Shown: one piece after another, positions 40,880 through 51,372 of the stretch
How the letters are laid out: every line of letters starts with the position of its first letter
Numbering within the stretch: position 1 is the stretch's first letter
Assembly: GCF_036321535.1 (NCBI RefSeq)
Contig: NC_087437.1
Coordinates: 61,878,001 to 61,942,000 of the forward strand
From: Camelus dromedarius
Taxonomy: Eukaryota
Direction: 5' to 3'
Length of the DNA stretch: 64,000 nt
Notes under the pieces: generated by a model
What the model was told of the DNA's origin: nothing
What the model saw: only the letters and a program-made list of their open reading frames with translations
Database searches by the model: none
Position numbers and translations under genes: made by a program

Positions 40880-41560
40880 TTATAATATTTCAGGGATGTC
40901 CTGTATACATGATACTCTTGTCATTTGGACTTTATTATTGTGAAATCTAGGACAAATTTGGTCTTTATTCTTTTGTAGTGGTCTTGTTTCTTATTTTTCT
41001 GCTTAAATCTTTCTAGGATTTTTGTTTTCTTCATGCTGAAAATGTTTAATTTTCTAACTCATTACACATGGACCATATGCCTTTCAATTTGAAGACTAAG
41101 AAAAATTTTTTTCAATCCAGGAAGGATGTCTGTTGGTTTCTTTTTCTTTTTAATTGTATTGATGATTATTGTTTCTGTTCTGTTTCTTCTGATTTCTTCT
41201 TCAAGAAATTCTACTTAAATGTTGGTTCTTAGATTTCCTTTTTTAAATTATCTTTTATCATTTTCACCTTTTTTGGATCTTTTTTTCCTTCAGCATTCTG
41301 GGGAAGCTTCCCAAACTATGTTATCTTCGTACTAATTTGATTTTTTTGTGGTGTCAGTTTTACTGCCCGGAATGTATTTTATTTTTGCTATTTATTTTTC
41401 TTTCTTTGCATTCTTTTTCTTCTGAGTTAGCTCCATATTCATCTCAATCTGCTTGGGTTTTTTTTGTTTTGGGGGGGGTGGCCTGTTTTCTTTTAATTTT
41501 CTTCCTTTTAAAAATATTTTTCTGTTTTCTTTTAATTTTCCCCATAATTTGTAATATTAT
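40880..41560 (-). mobile_element. HAL1/L1 ORF1-like relic
   Basis: The minus strand reads approximately FPGLKK..SLQIER near 41080-41125, resembling the L1 ORF1p RRM start. Flanks are T-rich. Confidence 0.5.
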
Positions 41561-43918
41561 GATAAATGTAATTATTTTTAGTGTGTGATTTAAATAAAAT
41601 TAACTAAATACTATAGACACTCCAACTCTTTTCATCTACAGTCTTGAATTTTGTTATATTAATGTTAGCCTTCTTTTTGTCTTTAATCCTAAAGAACACC
41701 ACAGATGGCCAGTAGCTCAATGGAGGGCAAGAATTACCCAGGCAAGCTGTGAGCCACTGAACTCGGGTTCCTTGTCTCAGTTATCCTCCCATTGCTAATG
41801 ACTGGCATTGTGGATACTCAATGCATAGTTATTGAATTAATAGCTTCTTATCATTTCTTTTGTCTCTGTTACCTGTTTTATGCCTACTTTTACATTTCAC
41901 TGTTTGCAACATAGAAAAAACTTAAAGTAGATTATATTCATTTTCACTCATTGAATTGGAAATAAAGAATTTCATCAGCCTTTTAAATATGTCCACCTTC
42001 TATATTTTTTTTAGTCTTAAGTCAGATAGAAAGTACACATATCAAGAATCTACTTTTGGAACATTATTCCTTTGAATATAAGTGTAGGATATGAGTGTAG
42101 TGTTACTGTTTCTTTAATGATGTTCTTCACTCTGGTAAGAAGTCCACTTTGAATACATCTAGAATATCGTGTCTCTCTTTAAAACACACTCCTGGTCTCA
42201 TCTTCCAGTCATCAAGTCTATCCATGTCTAAATCTTTTGAATGTGTTCTTTTAACAGTTATGGTATTAGTTGTGTTACTCTTGGCACTCTTTGTGCTTGA
42301 GTGTGACAGTAGCAGCAATTTTATATCATCTGCCAAACCCTGCTGGATCTTTGTGTGCCATTCTTTAGTTTTCATGATGGCAGATTTTATTCTTTTATTT
42401 TTTTCCTTCTGTGTAATTGGATAACATGATGGAGTAAATTTTTGACTCATGTGCATTATCTTTTTGGCTGGGAGACAGTTTGCTTTATCAATCATGTGCT
42501 TCCAGAATTCAGGGAATTTTTTACTAGAGTACATGATGGTAAATCAGAGGGCTTGGCTTGGCTGTGGACCAGAATTACGAGTTTTTGTATGATAATCTCA
42601 ACTAGTGAGGGCTTCATAATCCTGATGTTGAGTGGTTTGTTCTTCTGTAATTTCTTGAGCTTTCTTTGAGTTAAATGATTTCCTCTTATCTTATCTTTTA
42701 GTACATAAACGTAAAACTTACATTTTATAAAAATGTCTTATTTAACAATGGAGTGGTTTTTGTTTTTGTTTTGGGTTGAGTCTTAATTCTCTAATCCTTT
42801 ATTTTTTAGCATTTTTATCGTCTCCATTTTTCTTCAGCATTTTGGGGGGTACTTCCAAAGTGTGTGTCATCTTTATTCATCACTGATACTTAATTTTGTG
42901 TGCTATCACATAACTTATTCTGTCTTCATAGCACACAGGTTTAATTTTCTGTGCAAAGTACCATCATGAGTTTTACTGGATGCAGCTTTTTCTCTCACCT
43001 TTTGGTGTATCCATCTTTTTACTTACATCTCTTCTTCACAAACTACCATATAGGACATAATAGTGTTTTTAATTAAAACCCACCTGCGAACTTTAAAAGT
43101 GACCAAGGGAGGAAAAAACCCAAAGCACAGCAGTTAACACGTGTCTCACAGCATCTGCCTTGTTTAAACTTGGAGTTACTTCAGGTATATTCAGAACTCT
43201 TCTTCTGTGTCACACTTCCTACACATACAACTTATGAACACCAGTGGTGGGTTTGTCTATTTTTTGTGTGTGTGTGTGTGCTTTGTTCCAGACCTGGGGA
43301 TCTAGCAAGAATAGAAAGGATTCTCCTCTTCTTAAAAGCTGCTGTCTCACAGTGGAGCCTGTTAACTACTGCCAGAAAGTTTAGGCAGATTTATAGTTGA
43401 ATATGTGATGACTCCTGCTGTGCTTTGTTTGTTTTTTTTTAACCTGCCCGCTGAAAATCTCACCTTTTGTCATATATATAGTATTTTACATTTGTGAGAG
43501 AGACTTGACTTTGGTGAAATAAAAAGATTAGATACTGGTATTGAGGCTCATTCATCTTTATATACAGTGTTTTTAGATTTTTTTCTTATGCATGTCTATA
43601 TAGATTTATTATTGGTCACTTATGTGAAATGTCTACATTTTACTTTAATTTTTCTCCTATTATCTTGCCTGCATTTTAATAATTAGATATATGATACTTG
43701 TTAAAATAGCTTCCGGAAAAGTTTAGTGCACTACAGTGTGCTTATAAAAAGAGGTGTATCATTTGCTGCTGTCATTTAGCAACCCCTCTCAAGAGCTATA
43801 TGAAAGTAGCTTGAAACATGTGCTAACAATGGGTTTCATTATAATAGCTGAGGTTTTTTCCATATCATTTTGAAGAGTTTTTGTTGTTGTTGTTGTTCTT
43901 CCATTTCTTTTTCTTCAG

Positions 43919-44040
43919 ATGACAGAAAATAATTTTTGGTTGAAGAAGATAGAAATTAGTGTTTCAGAAGCAGAAAAGCGAACTGGAAGAAATGCCATGA
44001 ACATGCAAGAAACATACACTGCTTACCTCATTGAAACAAG
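43919..44040 (+). CDS. SNX4: SNX4 exon 2 (122 bp, phase 0 to 2), start of the PX domain
   Basis: Acceptor ttcag|ATG and donor CAAG|gtgagt. Translation MTENNFWLKKIEISVSEAEKRTGRNAMNMQETYTAYLIET(R). Confidence 0.97.
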
Positions 44041-46948
44041 GTGAGTGATGATAATTATGCCTAGGTTTAGGTAGAAAGGGCTTTGGTGGCTATTGATGCA
44101 AATTCTGTTGTCTAATGGAATTGTTTACAGGTCATTGTCTTTTTAGGGATTTTTGTTGTTGTTTCTTTACTTTTTAACAGGTACAGTAAGCAGATGTGTC
44201 TTTTACTACAGTACTCTTGGTAGTTGTATTCTGGCATACTTGTTCTGAGGGGAGAGGGAAAGTTAGTGGAGTACTTTGGGATCTGGAATGTTCCTTAACA
44301 CGTTTTAGTAGAGCTCTTGGTGTTACAGTCCTTGTGTGATTTTTGGAAAAGATACCAGGTTCTCAGGGGTGTTGGAAGTGGACTTAGGTAAGTGGAGATG
44401 GCTAACAGAGAAGTCTAGGAGGAGAGAATATGGTCTGAGTCATTTTAGTAGAGTTGGGAGTTACAGAGAAATTAACAGGGAAAACTTGATTGAGACTGGA
44501 TCTTTAGACTTCGGGGTAAAATTGAAAAGATGAAGTAAATCATGTTATAAGAAATCAAAACTCAACAGAAAAGTTGTCTTTTACCTCATAAGCAAAAAGT
44601 TAAAGGAATTGGGCTGTTTTGTCTAGAGAAAGACAAGGGACGACTCAGTTTATCTTGCCAATTATGAACGGTTTATATAAAGACTATACTGACTAGTTCT
44701 TTTCTGTCTATGGACTGAGCAGAAATAGTTTCAATTAAAACAAGTAGGTATGAGAAAACTTTTATAGAAAATTGGTGTACCATAGGAATTTCGGGAAAAG
44801 AGCTAAGGTAGGTCTCTTAAAAAAATGGGTTGTTTTTAAAGAAAAGTTGTTTTGTGACATACATATATGCATGTATGATGCATGTATGTATCACAGAGAT
44901 TTTTGTTTTAAATGGTCCCATGAGAGGGTTTTTTTTTTTCTTTAAGTTAAGTTAGCCACTTAAAAAATCGTACTTAAGAAATTTGTGTTGGCTTTAGCTT
45001 TCTAAGCAAATTCTTAAATTTAAAACTAAAAAGGATATTTTTAGCGTATGCCTATTTCTTTACCCAGTTGAACAATGAAATTAGCTGTTGATTAATATTA
45101 CTGCTGGAAGGGAATCTTGATTTGAATAATCTGGAATAATTTATAGTTGTTTACTCTTGACTTTGAAATGAATAGAGTATTATAATTTGAAACTAGGAAT
45201 TAGAAGTGGCCATGCTTTAGTAATATAGCTAGACTCTGAATAAACATCTAAGTGGATCATCAGTAAATGTGTGGTGTACAAAAGGACTGTTGAGTTGACT
45301 TTCACAATTGCACTTCATTATAAATTTGTTTTAAAACAATGGTTCTCAAATTTTAAAATATATAGAAATCTCCTGGAGAATTTGTTAAGTTGCAGAGTTG
45401 TGGGTGGGGTTCAGGAATTGACATATTTTAACTAAAGCTCCAGATGTTTTTGAAGCAGATGGACCATGGATCATAAAGTTAATTATCTTTTCAAGGCTTT
45501 ACATTTTAAGATAATCAAATTTATGTCTTTTTTTCTTTGTGATTTGTGTTTTCCCTGTTTTTAAATTCTTGCCTACTCCATATCAGGTACATATCTTTGA
45601 GAAATACTGTTTTTGAATAGATTATTTCATGAGTACTGTACCCCTAAGGCTAACCTTCAGCAACCATGGGACCCTGGAATTTCTTAATTTAATCATGTAG
45701 GAATCTTTCTGTAATTCAGTGTTATGCAGATAATCTTGGATAATATGAATATTATTGAGCTTAGATATTAACTAAAAGTTGAACTTACATCATATAGCTT
45801 ATCTACTTACTCTTTGGACACATGTGGAAAGTCCATTTAGCAACTGCCTAAAGTGTTATAGTTTAATTGGCTAAGAATGAATAAAGCTAAAGTCACTGAG
45901 TTTAATTGTTCCAGGGATTTTATCTTTTCCTGTTCATAGAATATGAACCCTTTTAAAATAGGTAAGAATACTGTATGTAATAATGGGTAAGAATGCCTTG
46001 ATGGCTTGGGAGGTTGTATGATGTCTTTACTTAGCTCTTCTAATCTGTGAAACAGGGCTAGTGATACTGTCTACTTCATTGTGAGGGTGAAATTAAATGT
46101 TGCATGTAAATCCAGTTATGTGCTATTGAACATTTGTTAAATGATTAGATAAATGGGGTAGTTTTGTGGTCCAAAGAAAGTCTCTGTACTTCTAGCCATC
46201 TTCCAATGACTGGACCCTGTCTTTAATGGCCTTTAAGACCGAAAAAAAAAAAAAACCCACCAACATGTAACAAGTCTTCTAAAGGCCTTTAAGTGTACTG
46301 CTTGTTTATCTAGTTATTAGCAAGATGTGGGTTCTGTTGGTGATGATACCGAATAATTTGAAGCTTGTTAACCCAAGATACTTTTTTCAACTAAAGTTGA
46401 AAACTGAATTAGAATAATATTAACCATAGCTAATGGTTAGGTCAACTCTTTAAAATGAATTATGATTTAATAATGCTATATTTTTGCCATGGTAGCCATT
46501 TGTACACTTTAAATTTCGTATTTTGTTTCCTTTTTTTATTAATGTACTGTGAATAAATTTAGTGGCAAACTTAATATAATAAAATACATTAAACAAATAA
46601 TAAAAACATTGACTATCTCTTGTGTTGAGCATGTCATAGTGCATATATTTTCTCAGGACCTTATTTTAAGACTGACTTGACCTCCATACCTTTATGCCAT
46701 AATGTACAAACGCACATTTTGGTTATATGATGTTTCTTGGAGGGCCTGTAAGTTATGGTCAAGCACACAATTAGAAAATGGGAAGGTTCTGATAATGTTT
46801 AGAAGACTGATGTTTTCTAGCAATGATTGTGCTAGCAGAAATCTTAAGCAAAATAATTTCACATATTCTTTATATAATTTTTACCCTAACTTTCCCCTAA
46901 CTATAAATCAAACTTTTCTATGAATGAGACATGGCATTTCCTGCAGTT

Positions 46949-47041
46949 GTTTGTTTGTTTGCTTAATGATGGTACCAGGGACTGAACCCAGGACCTCGTG
47001 CATGCTAAGCATGCGCTCTACCATTGAGCTGCACCCACCCC
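46949..47041 (-). mobile_element. tRNA-derived SINE (short copy)
   Basis: GGTACCAGGGACTGAACCCAGGACCTCGTGCATGCTAAGCATGCGCTCTACCATTGAGCT. TSD CCTGCAGTT at 46940-46948 and 47046-47054. Confidence 0.85.
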
Positions 47042-47617
47042 GCTGCCTGCAGTTCTTTGTATTAAAGATGAGACTGGAGTTGAATTTTTACATCCCTTCT
47101 CCCCCAGCCTTTCAGAGATAACATTTTGCTTTTGTGGATATTTTCTGGTACTTGGATGCATCTGATTCATTTATAACATTGAATCAAGATTTTTTCAGTG
47201 TCAAGGTCTTTGGCATGAATGTTGTTCTCTCATTGTGGCAGAAGTGCAGTTAAAAATACTTTTTCTTTAATGAAACATTGGCTAAGCCAGATTTTACTAT
47301 ATTGTAAAGTCAGCTATTATACATCAACTGAAATACTGTGTATTGAGGGCTTGGGGATCAATGGTTCTGATGCTGATCGTAGATCTTTGTGATTGTAGAA
47401 GAAGCATATGTTGTGCAGCTGCTTCCTCATCTGTGAAATGGGGACAATAAATCCCTGCTTCACCAGGGTTGTTGTAAGGCTTATACATGGAAGGTTCTTT
47501 ACTCAGTGCCTGGTTCACAAGCCTTCAGTAAATAGAGTTCCCAATGTTAAAGGAGGTTGTGTGCATGCATTTGTATTTTTTAAAAAAACGATAGAAATCT
47601 TATTCTATCTTTTTCAG

Positions 47618-47753
47618 GTCAGTTGAACATACTGATGGTCAGAGTGTCCTAACAGACTCACTATGGAGGCGGTATAGTGAATTTGAGTTGTTGAGAAACT
47701 ACCTTTTAGTTTGCTATCCACATATTGTTGTGCCACCTCTACCAGAGAAAAGG
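47618..47753 (+). CDS. SNX4: SNX4 exon 3 (136 bp, phase 2 to 0), PX core
   Basis: Acceptor tttcag|G and donor AGG|gtaaga. Translation SVEHTDGQSVLTDSLWRRYSEFELLRNYLLVCYPHIVVPPLPEKR contains the PX motifs RRYSEF and PPLPEK. Confidence 0.97.
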
Positions 47754-47830
47754 GTAAGAAGTGAAATGGCAGTATAGTTTAGAAGTATTTAGCATTGAGA
47801 TTATTCTTCATAATTGTTTTGTCTATCTAG

Positions 47831-47980
47831 GCAGAATTTGTTTGGCATAAACTCTCTGCTGACAACATGGACCCAGATTTTGTGGAAAGACGACGAATTG
47901 GTTTAGAAAACTTCCTCCTGAGAGTTGCTTCACATCCCATCCTTTGTAGAGACAAAATCTTCTATTTGTTTTTAACACAG
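47831..47980 (+). CDS. SNX4: SNX4 exon 4 (150 bp, phase 0 to 0)
   Basis: Acceptor tctag|GCA and donor CAG|gtattt. Translation AEFVWHKLSADNMDPDFVERRRIGLENFLLRVASHPILCRDKIFYLFLTQ. Confidence 0.97.
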
Positions 47981-48444
47981 GTATTTTTCTTTTATTTGGT
48001 ATTTAAAAAAAATTAATTTGACTTGGGATTTTTTAAATACTAAATTGTGGAGTGCTTATTCCTAAGGATCTTTTTGGAGCAGCTTTGTTAATTTATATGC
48101 ATTTCATGGTTTGTTCTGTTTTGAATTTCCAAATTGTTGGATTACATAATTCCTTTGGCTAACATTTTTATACTTAAAGGTACTAAAGATGGTACTTTCT
48201 GGTATCAAAGTTGGTCTTTGTCTTTTTGAAACCCGAATCTATAAAATCTTGGGTCCGTCTTTGGTAATCTTTTAGAATTTGGGTTGCATGTTTAACTTTG
48301 AAAAGGTTAGCGTTTTTTAACCTATCTCTTCCATCTCCCTTGAAAGAAGAACAGAATAATAGGTATTTAATTTATTTAATTTGGAATATTCCTTGTGGGC
48401 TGTTACATTTTGCAGTGATATCTAAAATTAACTTTAATTTTTAG

Positions 48445-48492
48445 GAAGGTAACTGGAAGGAGACTGTGAATGAAACTGGATTTCAGCTGAAG
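48445..48492 (+). CDS. SNX4: SNX4 exon 5 (48 bp, phase 0 to 0)
   Basis: Acceptor ttttag|GAA and donor AAG|gtaaga. Translation EGNWKETVNETGFQLK. Confidence 0.95.
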
Positions 48493-50171
48493 GTAAGAAT
48501 AATTGTGTGTAATAAATTTGCTGTGTTCCTTTACAACTTCCAGCACAGTGCCATGCAATTAATGGGTACTTGCTGTTTATTGAATGAGTGAATGTTGGAA
48601 ATAGGTTTTCCATCTAATATTATTGGTAAGGTTTTTAAAGAAACACTGCAATTTACTTTTGATTGGTGTAATTTTCATTAATAGTGAGATGATAATGGAC
48701 ATATGTATGAATTTAATTCTATTGGGAAAGGACATTTTGAAGCAGTAATTTAGATACAAGCTATAGATTTTTCCCATAGTATATTTATATTATACTTTGT
48801 ATCTTTTTTTATTCTTCCCTCTGCCCTTATCACTGTCACTCTTGGTGGTGCCCCCATAACTGCCCACTTTATTAGATAAGAAAGACACTTCTGAAGAATC
48901 GAGCTTGGGGTTTCCAATTTTAGTAGGCCAAAAGATGAGCCATCTTTCTGGGACATGGTGGCCAGTTTTGAGTGGGCACAGGATTCATTTTGTGTTAGCA
49001 TCCACTAGTGATACAGGCTTAGTTTGATTTTTTCAGCTTTTCAAATTCAGTCATTATACCTAGTGTTTGGGAATGAAACTGTTCTGTAAAAACTAAAGAG
49101 CATGATAGGTTTTAAGTTGGCCACCCTAATTCCACTCTGCTCTCCCTCCTGTTCCTAAAAATAATATAACACTGGTTGTTGCAAATTTTTTTTAAGTTTT
49201 TATCTCTTGTGTAAATCGAATAGGTAAGTAGAAAAAGTGATATAAATTGATGAACAGTTCGCATGGTAATACAGTAACAAAAGTTCAGTAGATCTAGGCA
49301 ACAACAACAAAATGTCTTTATAGTAATTTTAAAAACACCCCCTAGAGACTTATGCATCGGTATATAGATATTTTAAATTTAGCACAAAAAAACAAGGAAG
49401 AGAAGAATTTTTTTTTTCTGCACAGGAAATATAATCAAGTATCTAATTCTGTCATAAACTGATTTTAGTTTATAAATACTTTGTTGGCAGATTGCATGAA
49501 AAAATTAGTATTTTCTTAGCTGTAATTCATTATTGTGCTCAGGGAGAATACTGGAATTTCAGTTTAGAGATGGTTTGAAGTAACTCTAAACTTTAAAAAA
49601 ATTACTTATATTTTGATAGAATTTTCTGAAAAGTAGTCCAGCATTTCTTAGGAGCTAATAAAGAAAAGAGCAAACTATAATTGTTTTGGTGCAAATATAA
49701 TTGTTTTGGTGATGTCTTTTTATATAATAGAAAATTTAAAAATTTTTAGTCATTGGTTTAGTCATTAGTTTAGTAACTAGTGATCGGTTGTTTGTCCTTG
49801 AATGCAGTTTTTGGTGATAACTTTGGTGACCTTAAGAAAACTCTTGAATTTCTCTATCTGTGTAGACTATGCCATTTACAGAGTGCTATGAATTTTGTGT
49901 GTAGGTGCTATGTAAGTGTTTAGATATAATGTTTTGTATTTGGATAGCCTTGTGGTAAAATGTTTCATTTTTATAAAATCTTTCAAAGGTAATACTCTTA
50001 TATAATATTAATAATTTGAAGAGTCAGAATTTTAATGAAATGGACCAGACATAAAATGTATGGAGAGAATTTGGAAACCCATGCAGGGAAATGGGACCTT
50101 TTTGGATTAACACTTATATATGTATTTGCATGCATACATACAAACATGTATGTGAGATTGTCCATATACTT

Positions 50172-50232
50172 ATATATATATATAGAGAGAGAGACACACA
50201 CACACACACACACACGTATACACATACACACA
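50172..50232 (+). repeat. Compound (TA)n(GA)n(CA)n microsatellite
   Basis: Seen directly in the sequence. Confidence 0.9.
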
Positions 50233-50737
50233 CTTCACTTATCTGGAGGTCATGTATTTGACAGTTACAACTTAACTGATCACAGTTTGAAAGGTGGGAT
50301 TTAGAATTGACTTCTGAGATGTTCAAATGGATGTAACATGACTTAGTACAATACATACAAAAATAACTTTGGTCCTTTCAGAGAGTACCAACTTAATTTT
50401 ATTATAGTTATCCACATAGACTTGGCTATGTATTTTCTAGACTGTAGCATATTAGAAGAAAATTGAAAAGGTCTAAAAGTGAATTCTTCTGGAGACAGGC
50501 ACACTGTGACAATAGTGAAAATGATAGCTGGGCCCCCTGGTAAAGGATAACAGTGATGTGAGAGTCAGACGCTGAGGGGGGGGAGGGGGGTTGGTTTTGG
50601 CATGGGACCACACACCTGGCTAGCCCCTAGGGCTTCGTTGTGTCACAGGTGGGCTCAGTATTAGTTGTTTGTAGTGGTTACCGAGGGGCCTCAAGAAAAG
50701 GTTGAATTGCTTGCTGAGTACTCATAATTCAGTGGGG

Positions 50738-51372
50738 TTTTTTTAAACATTTTTTTTATTGAGTTATAGTCAGTTTACAATGTTGTGTCAAATTCCAGTG
50801 TAAAGCACAATTTTCAGTTATACGTGAACGTACATATATTCATTGTCACTTTTTTTTTTCACTGTGAGCTACCACAAGGTCTTGTATACATTTCCCTGTG
50901 CTGTACAGTATAATCTTGTTTATCTATTCTGCATATGCCTGTCAGTATCTACAAATTTTGAAATCCCAGTCTATCCCTTCCCACTCCCCACCCCCTTGGC
51001 AACCACAAGTTTGTATTCTGTGTCTATGAGTCTGTTTCTGTTTTGTATTTATGTTCTTTTTTTTTTTTAATTAGATTCCACATATGAGTGATCTCATATG
51101 GTATTTTTCTTTCTCTTTCTGGCTTACTTCACTTAGAATGACATTCTTCAGGGACATCCATGTTGCTGCAAATGGTGTTACGTCTTTTTATGGCTGAATA
51201 GTATTCCATTGTATAAATATACCACATCTTCTTTATCCAGTCATCTGTCGATGGACATCTAGGCTGTTTCCATGTCTTGGCTGTTGTAAATAGTGCTTCT
51301 ATGAACATTGGGGTGCAGGTGTCTTTTTGAAGTAGGGTTCCTTCGGGATATATGCTCAGGAGCGAGATTACT
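50738..51372 (-). mobile_element. Relatively young 5'-truncated L1 (ORF2 C-terminus, 3' UTR and A-tail)
   Basis: The minus-strand ORF reads LLSIYPE...KDTCTPMFIEALFTTAKTWKQPRCPSTDDWIKKMWYIYTMEYYSAIKR, the L1 ORF2p C-terminus. Confidence 0.93.

Noticed and set aside
46228..46293. GGCCTTTAAG direct repeat and an imperfect inverted repeat around an A-run
   Set aside because: The repeats are only 10-12 bp and partly self-palindromic, too short to separate from chance or slippage.
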